Assembly: GCA_010909165.1 (NCBI GenBank)
Contig: VJWM01000025.1
Span: 1,860,001-1,924,000, forward strand
DNA from: Anthoceros angustus
Lineage: Eukaryota; Plantae; Anthocerotophyta
Direction: 5' to 3'
DNA length: 64,000 nucleotides
Shown here: piece after piece, positions 37,101 to 48,366 of the stretch
Layout of the letters: each line of letters starts with the position of its first letter
How positions within the stretch are numbered: position 1 is the first letter of the stretch
Program-made: the position numbers and the translations under genes
The notes under the pieces: generated by a model
Told to the model about the DNA's origin: nothing
Seen by the model: the letters and a program-made list of their open reading frames with translations, nothing else
Database searches by the model: none

Positions 37101-39529
37101 GGTTCTGCAACAGCAATACTCTCGTAGTTCTTCTTAGCAACTGCCCAGTCTACTGCAATTGGCCTCTTCTCGATGGTCTTCATATTCACCTTGCTTATGC
37201 CCTGAACCAACATGCAAAATGTCAAAGAGGACAGTTTAAGGCATGATGAGTAGTCAAATGCAATCGCCCCCTTCCTCATACAAGGAGCTCACAAGTTTCA
37301 CCATGGCTGCGTACCTTTTCTGCATCTGCTTTACAAGTGAAGCCAACAAATGCAAAACCTCTTGATCTGCCAGAACCGTAGTTCAAGAATGACAAATCAG
37401 GGCAACATGCACGTACAACCACTTGACAGCAGTGGCACAAAAAACAAGGAATTCAAAGTGATACGGACTTGTATCTGGCAATCACATTTACAGTACTAGA
37501 AAGCACATGCTTACTTGCCATCAGGCTTGCGTGGTATACTGATCTCCCATGCAAACCCAGCAGGTGTGAAGAGCTCACGCAGCATTGACTCTGTAACCTA
37601 CAAGATTGAAGCATCTCCATTTTCACAAGTGACTGGGAGTACTTTTAGCACAACTTCCAACGTGAGCAAATGGACTAAGGCAACTCACGGAAAAAGGCAA
37701 GTTGCGAACTATCAGCCTCCACTTCTTCAGCTTAGATCCCTGTGATCACAAAATAAAGATAATGGACACCTGTACACGTTAAGAGATATATGTATGTCAG
37801 CATGTCATGAGAACAAAAGTCAGAACACCTGCACATACCTCACCACCAAGCTGGCGGGCCCAAACTACTCCGCCACCAATCTGCTGCTGGTGGAGGGCTG
37901 CTACAGCTTGACGTGCTGCACGAACAGATGGAAATACAATAGAGATTGCACCTGGCTTGCAGCCATCCTTGGACAGGCCTGCAGCCAAGAACACCCGCAA
38001 CAATACATCATTCCCAAACATGCAATGCAGACAACTGCAACTACCTAACAATTCAGATACTTCACAAAGGCAGTACTCCAAGATATCTATGGTGATGAAC
38101 AGAACAAACCAACCACCAAACAAAGCATCGATGATAAAGTCCACCTACAATACCATGGCTACCAAGCTCTTGCTGTGTCAAGGGAGTGCAGAGAATGTCT
38201 GTAGGATGAATCTTTATCAATTCTGCGACCACAGCGTCTTTCATCTGAGGTGTAGTCAAGCCCCCAATAACTATTGTCCTTGCTGGCCTAATACATGTCA
38301 ACACCAGAAATACGCAATTATTACACTCTGAGCAGGTTAGAGAAGTCGGAAAGAGATAACGAGGACAGTCAAAGGCAAATGCCCACACTTGAATGTAGTC
38401 AGATTACCGTTGTTTATCCGAGCTCTTCCCAGCCTCACGGGAGCTTGTCCCATCCTCACGAGAACGTTTGCCCTGGCCACGCTCTTTTGAGGATGGCTGA
38501 AAAGGCGCTTCTGTAACAGAAGGGAGCCACAGGATGAGCATTGCACACTAACAAACAAGAACTACCAAAACCGTAGGGCACGCAAACAGAAACCCATACC
38601 CAACTTTTTCTTTTTGGCGTTTTGCTCAAGTGCGCCTTTGCTCTCACTGCTTGCAGCTCCTTCGATATCACTTGCTTTTCTTTTCTTGTTTGAAAGGGCT
38701 GCTTCTGGCTGAGCAGATTCAGGCTGCACAGCGTCTGGACATGAATCTTCTGCTCCGGTGCTCTCATCTACACCAGCAATAGAAAACCGAAACACTGGCT
38801 GATTGCAGATGATAAGAAATCATTAACCATCGTGACTCCTTGGGAAAAGACTTCTTTCAGTCACTTGTACAACACCATTACAGTAGCTACCTTTCAGTTT
38901 TGGAGGCCGGCGTTGGTCCATTGGGGCCCGACGCTTGGCAAGCTCAACCTTCATCTTTCTGCCCTGTAGGGACACCCCATTTTTTGCCTCTACTGCCCGG
39001 CCAGCATCTTCCGACACAGCACTGGCAACATAACATCGCTCCCATTAATACCAAGCGAATCCCTAGCAGGAACACACTGTAAGCATCAAACGTAGAGGGT
39101 GCTCACAATTGTACAAATCCAAAACCTCGATTCTTCCCTGACCCTGCGAGACATGCCTGGTATCAGTGAGTGGAATGCAGATGAACCCAGCCAGTCAAAC
39201 TAGTAACTAAAGGGCCCATGAAGAAAGCCCCAGCCAAGGCGAAGACAACCATACCCTTATCCTTGACAGTAAAGCAATGGCGAACAGGCCCCACTTCACT
39301 GAAGACTTCCTCCAGCTGCAGGACGAACGTCCACATCAGGACAGAACAAAAATACAAAGCACTGCAGTGACCAGAGAGCCAATCACGCAACGGTGCATTT
39401 ACAATCGAAAGGGGCAATTGACCAATTCACCTGGGCATCGGTGAGCGTGAAAGGCAGATCTCGGACAAAAATCGTCCGCGCATCGACCTCATCGGGAGAT
39501 GGAGCTGCTTGCCTCGCTGCTGGGCCCAT
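34120..39529 (-). CDS. RBM28: RBM28/NOP4-like nucleolar multi-RRM protein, multi-exon
   Basis: RTIFVRDLPF; RTIVIGGL..VWARQLGGE; KWRLIVRNLPF..PIAVDWAV; two RTVF(V/I)RNLP..GTAF(M/L)EF RRMs; SRTRLAAHNIP..AFVEFTEHQHALVALRALNNNP; C-terminal LVAEYRSKYF..RRWFE. Confidence 0.9.
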
Positions 39530-39721
39530 TTTTCGTATGAATCTCCCTTGCTCACTGCGAGCAAAATTTCAGTTCTCGAAGTCCATGCAGGATGACATGA
39601 TTCAACGTGACGATTCACTGTCACTAATTAGAAATAATCCGTTAAACCCTAAACCCTCGACCTAGCCGTCTGCAGTCTCTATAAATTTCCCTCAGATACA
39701 AGAGTTGGGAAGGAAGCTACC
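39530..39721. promoter_or_regulatory. Short bidirectional promoter with telo-box
   Basis: ~190 bp between divergent ATGs (39529, 39722); AAACCCTAAACCCT at 39644-39657; TATAAAT near 39680. Confidence 0.7.
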
Positions 39722-42700
39722 ATGGCGAGCCCGCGCGCCTGTGGCCTGATTAGGGCTCTGTGGAGTCGCGTTATGATAGACCGAGCTGTTGTGTTGGCAG
39801 CGGAGCAGGCGGGATGTGGGGTTTGCCGAGCGGCGTCGTCAATTGCTCGCCCGACTTCGGTCTCCGCAATGCCGATGGATAGCAGGAGCGAATTTTGCTT
39901 TTCACAGTCATGGCGGGGTTTTGCCAAGCAGGCGAAAAAGGCTAGTATGTTACGTTGTCTGAAGCGTCGTTAGTGCAGGAATGTATTCGTGTGGCTTGTG
40001 TGCTTCTTATTCTTGTGATTGGACGATGATGACCTTTAAAGGTCTCGTTCGGCGGAATGGCTCTGGTAGCCTTGTCGATGACACACGGAAAGCCTGATGT
40101 CCGATCGTGCTCTCTGCTGTCTAGGTTAGTTGTGAGGTGCTGTGTGTTCTTGCTTGCCTTTGATTTTATGTTTCACCGTTCGAGGACAATGATGAAATGT
40201 TGTAAGGTCTCGTTCGGCGTAATGGCTCACAAGCCTTGCCGACCATTCTAATAGATCACCACCCATAATCTGAGTCCTTGCCGTCTCGCGAGTCTTTGGT
40301 TTTGACTCTGTCCGTATTTGTGGAATGGCACATCTTGCCAAGTCCCCTTTGCATGGTAATGCTCTCGTTCTCGTCACTCTACTTGTAACCCCTCTAATGT
40401 GAGTGTCTCTGTTTGCAGAGGGTGATGAGGAGGCGCCTGACGTCAGCTTTGACACGTTGAAACCTGCTGTGAAGGAGCTTGCAACCACCCAGATGGACGC
40501 TGCACTGGATGCTCTCTCGCGAGAGCTTGGCAAGTTGCGTACGGGCAGAGCTAGCCCTGGTGAGCTGGGTGTTTCTGAACTAATGTGTTGTTGAAGTATG
40601 GGATGCCGGGAGGTTGGAATGGCTACGCTGCCTGGGAGTGGGACTATTGTTTCTGATGGATTTTGCTTCTTGTTTCCAGGCATGCTTGATCATGTGTTGG
40701 TGGATGCAAGTGGCTTTAAGTCACCCTCAGCCATGTAGCAGCCGTGTCTGTTTCAGATGCACAGACATTGACTGTCATGCCATATGACCCGTCTGTGAGC
40801 GATCCTTCCTCTTTTCTGTGACCCAATAGTCCCTAGGTCAGCCCGTGTACAGTTGAATGGGGCTGTCTGAGTGGAGTGCAGTTTGTGTTGACCTAAAGTG
40901 GTATGTGTGCAGATGGTGAAAAGCGTCGAGTCCGCTATTTTAAGTTCTCCTTGCGTCTGAATCCCGTGGTTAATGGCCAAACCCTGACGGTACCTATTCC
41001 AAAGTACGGTAACTCTTTGACTAACTGCCTGGGTTGGTGCTATACTTCATTCTGAACGTTCTATGTTCTTACAGTGCCCGATTAAATTGTTCATTGTATC
41101 TCTCTGCTGTCAGGGTGTATTCGCTCTGACCTCCTTTTTCTTGGGTGGCATGGTCCTGTTCGAATACCATCAACGCTGAGATGAATCAGGCTCACGAAGG
41201 AACATTGTGATGTGAGTTGACCGATTTGCCAATGTGCTTAAAAGTGATTTTGGATTTCTGTCAGGTGGCTGTTATACCATCAGCAAGGTGCTAACGGTGT
41301 AGTGGCCTGTCTCCAGGCCATGTGTAAAATGGCTGGGAAGGCGGGGAGGTAGCAAAGCTGAGTCTTCGGAGGGCCAGAAAAGATGTTGGTGTTCTGTCAC
41401 ACCCCATATTATGCATCTCCGTTACTTCCTTGCAAAGCCCTCGTCGTGATTGTGATCCGGGTGATGCAGGCGCTCGATAAAATATCTGCTGCCAGGAAAG
41501 ACTTGCCGAAAGATGATGTCAAGCGACTGGAGAAGAGGTGAGACCGTCAGCGATTGGACGATGATGACCTTTAAAGGTCTCGTTCGGCGGAATGGCTCTG
41601 GTAGCCTTGTCGATGACACACGGAAAGCCTGATGTCCGATCGTGCTCTCTGTCTAGGTTAGTTGTGAGGTGCTGTGTGTTCTTGCTTGCCTTTGATTTTA
41701 TGTTTCACCGTTCGAGGACAATGATGAAATGTTGTAAGGTCTCGTTCGGCGTAATGGCTCACAAGCCTTGCCGACCATTCTAATAGATCACCACCCATAA
41801 TCTGAGTCCTTGCCGTCTCGCGAGTCTTTGGTTTTGACTCTGTCCGTATTTGTGGAATGGCACATCTTGCCAAGTCCCCTTTGCATGGTAATGCTCGTTC
41901 TCGTCACTCTACTTGTAACCCCTCTAATGTGAGTGTCTCTGTTTGCAGAGGGTGATGAGGAGGCGCCTGACGTCAGCTTTGACACGTTGAAACCTGCTGT
42001 GAAGGAGCTTGCAACCACCCAGATGGACGCTGCACTGGATGCTCTCTCGCGAGAGCTTGGCAAGTTGCGTACGGGCAGAGCTAGCCCTGGTGAGCTGGGT
42101 GTTTCTGAACTAATGTGTTGTTGAAGTATGGGATGCCGGGAGGTTGGAATGGCTACGCTGCCTGGGAGTGGGACTATTGTTTCTGATGGATTTTGCTTCT
42201 TGTTTCCAGGCATGCTTGATCATGTGTTGGTGGATGCAAGTGGCTTTAAGTCACCCCTCAGCCATGTAGCAGCCGTGTCTGTTTCAGATGCACAGACATT
42301 GACTGTCATGCCATATGACCCGTCTGTGAGCGATCCTTCCTCTTTTCTGTGACCCAATAGTCCCCTAGGTCAGCCCGTGTACAGTTGAATGGGGCTGTCT
42401 GAGTGGAGTGCAGTTTGTGTTGACCTAAAGTGGTATGTGTGCAGATGGTGAAAAGCGTCGAGTCCGCTATTTTAAGTTCTCCCTTGCGTCTGAATCCCGT
42501 GGTTAATGGCCAAACCCTGACGGTACCTATTCCAAAGTACGGTAACTCTTTGACTAACTGCCTGGGTTGGTGCTATACTTCATTCTGAACGTTCTATGTT
42601 CTTACAGTGCCCGATTAAATTGTTCATTGTATCTCTCTGCTGTCAGGGGTGTATTCGCTCTGACCTCCTTTTTCTTGGGTGGCATGGTCCTGTTCGAATA

Positions 42701-43283
42701 CCATCAACGCTGAGATGAATCAGGCTCACGAAGGAACATTGTGATGTGAGTTGACCGATTTGCCAATGTGCTTAAAAGTGATTTTGGATTTCTGTCAGGT
42801 GGCTGTTATACCATCAGCAAGGTGCTAACGGTGTAGTGGCCTGTCTCCAGGCCATGTGTAAAATGGCTGGGAAGGCGGGGGAGGTAGCAAAGCTGAGTCT
42901 TCGGAGGGCCAGAAAAGATGTTGGTGTTCTGTCACACCCCATATTATGCATCTCCGTTACTTCCTTGCAAAGCCCTCGTCGTGATTGTGATCCGGGTGAT
43001 GCAGGCGCTCGATAAAATATCTGCTGCCAGGAAAGACTTGCCGAAAGATGATGTCAAGCGACTGGAGAAAGAGGTGAGACCGTCAGCGAATTGGACGTCT
43101 TGAGTTCTCCTTTGCCCTACCCTAATGTCTAGTATGGTCTCCTATAAACCTTTGCTCTGCTCAGATGTTTAGTCTGGTCTCTTATAAACTTGTGGGTGCT
43201 AGGTCGAGGACTTAACCAAGAAGTACACGAAAAGCATGGACGATGCGTGCAAGACGAAGGAGAAAGAGATTTTGGCCGGATAA
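39722..43283 (+). CDS. RRF: Ribosome recycling factor, probably mitochondrial; internal exons duplicated
   Basis: Presequence-like N-terminus ending WRGFAKQAKK; LSRELGKLRTGRASPGMLDHVLVD, VSVSDAQTLTVMPYDP, LNPVVNGQTLTVPIP, KDDVKRLEKEVEDLTKKY..KEKEILAG*. Confidence 0.9.
40018..43089 (+). repeat. ~1.54-kb direct tandem duplication within RRF (40018-41552; 41553-43089)
   Basis: Copies differ almost only in homopolymer/short indels; ATTGGACG at 40018, 41553 and 43090. Confidence 0.95.
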
Positions 43284-43390
43284 GTCAGCAATTTATGGGG
43301 CACTACTGTCTTATTAATGTCGAAAAATAAGTGAATAACATACATAATGAAAGTCCAGCTTGTCCTGCCCTATTTCTAGCCATGTGAGAC

Positions 43391-44908
43391 CTAGGGCTTC
43401 GGAGATGACAAGCTGTCGGCGTAAGTCCGGAGTTTGCTTGCCGTATCAGCAAAACTGTCACAAATGAAATACCTTTTCTGGAAACCATCTTTGTAGCTCA
43501 TTTTGGGCAGCTTCTTGAAAGGATCCAACGGTTGAAACTCTGGAAATTTTCCCCCATCGCCAGCAAGAAGATACTGCAGCTCACCGAAGCTAGACAAAAG
43601 GCCGGCGCCGAATGCCTTCACATCTCCCTCCTCCCGGACCACGCCAAATTCTACAGTGTACCAGTACAGCTTGGTCAAGTGCCAAATGTCCGACGCTCCT
43701 AGCGATGCCACACCTATTGCGTGGACAAGGTCAGCATACACAGGGTCCGCAAGCATTGGAATATGGCCCAAAATCTCGTGGCAGATGTCAGGCTCAGGAG
43801 TGTACATGGGATTGCTCCCATGTCGGATGTATTGGGTCGAGTGGAACGTCTTGAACGCTAGCCCATTCAAGAAATCCCTCGGGTGAAGGAGACCAGCAGC
43901 CGGCCTAATCTGCCAACCAGTTTGTTGCTGCAAAACCTACGCGTAAAAAAAACAAAAATGAGACACCGCTACCAATTTTGCCGCCAATTAGTAATCCAAG
44001 GAGAGCAGCAAGCCGGAAGGATGACGCAAACCTCGGTCAGCTCTTGCAACTGAGGGATGCGGTCGGGGCGAAAATTGAAGAGCTGAAAGGCTGCCAAAAA
44101 TTCCTTGCATGCATGCGTGGGATAAAGTGCGCTCAATCTTTCCAGCACTTCTCCCCAAACTCTTGTCTCTTCCGCTGTGTAATCAATGGCAGTGATAGGC
44201 TCCCCACTGCACACACAGAATTAAGAGAAAAATATGGGATCCCTTCCTTCACATGAAGGCACAAATGAATTATTGAAACCTAAAAGTTAGCGAACGTAAG
44301 GTGGTCACATCTTATGAAGCTTGGCAAGATCCGCAATCCATGACCTCCTTGTCTTGTATTCTTCATCAAAGAATCCCTGCATGTAGAAATTTCAGTGGAA
44401 TTGCGTTTCAAGGAAACTGGCAAGCGCTGCATGCGAAACCGAAGGAGCCAAACTGATTGTTGAGTTAGCAGCTATAACTGGATGATCTTCCGTCAACTTA
44501 GCACCAAATCCAAGAATATGATCCCCGTTGGAGATATCATGAATCGATCGCGGGATAGGAGGAACCTCCTTCGCCTCGAAAACCTCAGCTGCAGCTGCAA
44601 ACAGAAGCGGCAGCTTCAGAATCAGCCGCATGTCGAATCAAATTAAAACAAATCCATTTCAGTCCAGCCTAGCCTGGCTGACAGTCTCTGCTTGCCAGAC
44701 CTCGAACTGCAAGCCCGTAAGGCAACTTCTGCCTGCCAGCACAGCGTCGCCTCACGTTCCGTAGAAACAAGTCACCAGCAGTCCTGGAAATCGCTCCCCG
44801 CAGCAGAACGCGGTCAGACCATCTCTGATCCGTAGGCCGCAATATACTGCTTGAGGGATTCGAGCAAAGAGACGCTGAATTCAGCTGCAAAGCGCACCCC
44901 AACTCCAT
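43391..44908 (-). CDS. AAH: Aromatic amino acid (phenylalanine) hydroxylase, likely plastid-targeted, multi-exon
   Basis: IPRSIHDISNGDHILGFG..EDHP; LYPTHACKEF; FHSTQYIRH..YTPEPDICHEILGHIPML; LYWYTVEFG; KAFGAGLLSSFGEL (iron ligands H-x4-H and E present). Confidence 0.92.
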
Positions 44909-46265
44909 GGCTCCGCGATCAAAGCTCTTCGCCTTTGTTGATCAGAAATCGCATGCGCAAACGATTTCCCAGCCACGAGGCCTCCAGAGGAGACGGAGAC
45001 GAATGCAGGAGGGGGAGCAAGTGGTGGCCAAGGCCAATGCAGAGTCGGAAATGGTGACGCGGAGGGGCCAGCACGGGCCACGTCACGCCGGCGCCAGGTC
45101 AGAGTCCCTTGTTATCGTTCACAGCATGTTCACGGCTGTTTCCGCAAATAAGCTAATAAGCTTGGGCATGTCACTATGGTCAGCCAACGCCCTGCCGTAA
45201 TGTCAACGGGAGTTGGAAAAACTGCTAGTTTTTAATCGAAGTAGTTACATAGTAAATTCCCTAATAAATATAAATTCATTAATTACATATCTTAAATAGG
45301 AAGAAGAGTGCCCTTCATGTCGGGCAGGAAACAGGAAGTGTTCTTCGTCATCCAACTTAGTATATGTGCATAATTTGCATGTTGAACTTACAATTTGCAT
45401 GTGATTATGGTGGCCTCATATTTTGAAGGTGATAAAAGAAGATACAAGGAAGGACGTGTGCCTTGTAAAGATTAGATGGACTGAAATATATTCATTCTTA
45501 TGTAAGGCAAGGTAGGTTAAGGTGTTGGCCAATTAGGAAAAAATGGTTTTCCTTGTTTCTTGCACGGCAGGTTAGTAGTGGCCAATTAGGAAAAACATGG
45601 CTTTCCCTATGGAATTATAGAGGTAGCTCATGTTACTATGTTGTTGTGATATCTTGATATCTATGCTCCATAGTATGTGTTCAGCACCAAATCTCATCCC
45701 ATTGAAACTCTGTATTTACACCCCATGCGAGTGGTTCACTATAGGGATGCGGCTTCTTCATGTTGGGTGCATGCAATACATGCCAGAGAGGTGATTGGTT
45801 TAGATTGATGATTGTATATTTTTTATCCCAACTCCCATGCTCCAATCTTTTTACGTCTAACTAAGCATCAAAGACCACGCGGCTCTTAATGCACCTAATG
45901 CCAAAAGAAACTATCATAATGCTAACCTTTGGCTTAACTTACATTTGGCAAAAAGAAGAGGTACAAGTTGGTAGATATTTTTGGTCATTTGGCAGCCATA
46001 ATTTGGCACAATTTTGGAGAATCTTCTTGGCCGTCGTGGATGCAATAGATGATTTTAGATATGGAGCTCAATTACTTCTTTTTACTACCGCCCATGGGAA
46101 TCTCCCTATGATATCCCTGGTAGGTGGCTCTCCGATATGTCCTCCCTATTTTCGCAGCTAGGAAGTCGCCCCTACCTATCCTATGTTGAATTTGTTCGGA
46201 GCTTTACCAATTCGGCCCTTCAGTACCTACCCCAATTCTGGCGCGCCTTCTCGTAACACGACATA

Positions 46266-46780
46266 CAATCTGCTCCCCCTAATTGGGAACTCTATAAATC
46301 GGATTCCTCTGTAAATGGGACCTCCCATCCTACTCCCTTTAGTTTACAATGTAATAAATGGGACTTTTTCCGACCTTTTGAAATATACATTCATGTTAGT
46401 TTCACCTCCCTGAATGAGATTTTTAATTTTTTATTAAAAAATTAAAAAAGAAAGAAAAAAGAATGGATTATTTCAGAGCACAGTAGACTTTTGGGTGTGA
46501 TTGAAGACTCTTAAGCTAAGCTTTTTCCTTTATAATAGGTAGAGGTTTTTTGATGTTGCTTGGAGAGAACAACTGCTAGCTTTCAAACAACTATATAGAG
46601 AAGTGATAAAATTTATTTTTAGTGAAACTTATCAATCAAAATTTTTTTTGGGTATTTTTGATTTTTTTAAAGTTTATAATATTTTTATTATTTTTAAATA
46701 GGGAAAATATAATCGGGACACCTCCCTTAATGGGACCTCTGAAGGCAATCCGAACCAGTCCCAATTAGGGGGGTGGACTG
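46266..46780. mobile_element. Tc1/mariner(pogo)-like MITE
   Basis: Imperfect TIRs CAATCTGCTCCCCCTAATTGGGA / TCCCAATTAGGGGGGTGGACTG flanked by TA on both sides; AT-rich non-coding interior. Confidence 0.6.
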
Positions 46781-46956
46781 TATCTAGGAGGTTGAAGGAA
46801 ATACGTACGTAGACTACGTATGTAAGTTGATGACGATGCAGCAATGCAGCAGCATGATCCAGTAGAGAGGCATTTGGAACACACACGGAGGCGGGATTGC
46901 GAGAAGCGACGGAGAAGCATTTTGCCCTCCAGGTTCGGCTTCGAGACCGACTGGCT

Positions 46957-47486
46957 ATGGCAGCGCTGACGACAGCGTGGGTGGTGCGTCCTCGGGCGTG
47001 GCTGCCCGACGGAGCGGCCGCGTCCTCGTCGGCGCCGTCGCTCTCGCCCTGTTCGTCGTCACGACCCGCCTGCGCGACCGCGCCCGCGCGCTCGCCCCCG
47101 CGGTGTGGAGGACGGCTGCAAGGCGCGGGAGCAGGACGGTGGTGCGGGCGCTGGATCTGGACCAGGACACGCTGCTGGCGCTCAGGGTAGGACTGGCGGG
47201 CCTGGCGGTTGGAATCGGCGTGCCCGTGTTCTACGAGACGCAGGTGAAGAATGCGGAGACGCGCGAGAATGACCAGCCCTGCTTCCCCTGCAGAGGCACC
47301 GGCGCGCAGACTTGCCGCTTCTGCACGGGAGCCGGTAACGTCACCGTGGAGCTCGGCGGGGGCGAGCGCGAGATCTCCAAGTGCATCAACTGCGAGGGAG
47401 CCGGCTCCATCGTCTGCACCACTTGCCAGGGCAACGGCGTCCAGCCGCGCTATCTCGACCGGCGGGAGTTCAAGGACGATGACTGA
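46957..47486 (+). CDS. LQY1: LQY1-like thylakoid DnaJ-type zinc-finger protein disulfide isomerase, intronless, one apparent frameshift in transit peptide
   Basis: GIGVPVFYETQ..RENDQPCFPCRGTGAQTCRFCTG.GNVTVELGGGERE..CINCEGAG..CTTCQG.GVQPRYLDRREFKDDD; Ser/Ala-rich N-terminus from ATG 46957 is in a different frame. Confidence 0.9.
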
Positions 47487-48366
47487 GGGATGGATGGTTC
47501 ATTCCGGCGATGTGAATGCCGTGGAATGAGATGTAATGTAGGTAGAATCAGCTAGCCAGCTCGGTGTTGAGCTCCTCCTCGAGCCTCTGCTCTGCCGTGT
47601 ACGATACTGCTTGCATGCCTCAGATCGGAGCACAAGCAAATCCAAAACCCTGCCCTGTGGTTTATGCCTGGGGAAACTATTCTTTCTCCCGTAAGCCTTT
47701 TAGTCCCTGCCGTTCTCTTTCCGGCCAGGCAAGGCGGGGACGGATGAGATGAGTTGAGATGACAGTCGTCATCCTTCAGGTGTCAGTTCAAATTTTTCCC
47801 TCAACGATGTTGTGGGGATCATTTGATTTGTGTGTGCTCATCAAGCTGGTGAGCGCGCAAAATTTTTGAGTTTGTGGTTGTGCTGTGATGTGTGCGTTGT
47901 GAACAGGCCTCGTGGCGGCCGTTGTGTACAGTGAGTTCCTGTGGAGATAACGATGTCGGTTGGAGCCTTGTGGTGTGCCAAGCGAACTGTCGTTTACTGA
48001 GGCCCGATCGCTGGAAGATGGCGAAGTGGCACACGTTATTAGCTCCCCCGTCTATTCACTTCACTCCTGGCAGCTGCTGCCGATCCGCTAAGCGTGGTAG
48101 ATTTCTTCTGCTTCCACAGAGCTGCTGGACCAACAAGAGATCCTGCTTCCAAGGGGGAGAGGAGCGGTTTGTGGAAGGATAGCTTTGTGTGTAGTGCTGC
48201 GGTGAATGATTTTGGAACAGGGTCAGGTTCGGAGATGGATTGTGGCGAATGTAGTAGGATTTCAGCTTCAATTACCAACGGGAGTTATGTTATGGTGTCC
48301 CTGCCATCTAGGCTGTTTCCCGGACAGTGTGCTGCTGGCTGGCGGGTCACGGGATGACGGGGGCTT

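Noticed and set aside
45889-46161. 90-aa ORF in AT-rich intergenic DNA
   Set aside because: No recognisable motif or splice support; probably chance or TE decay
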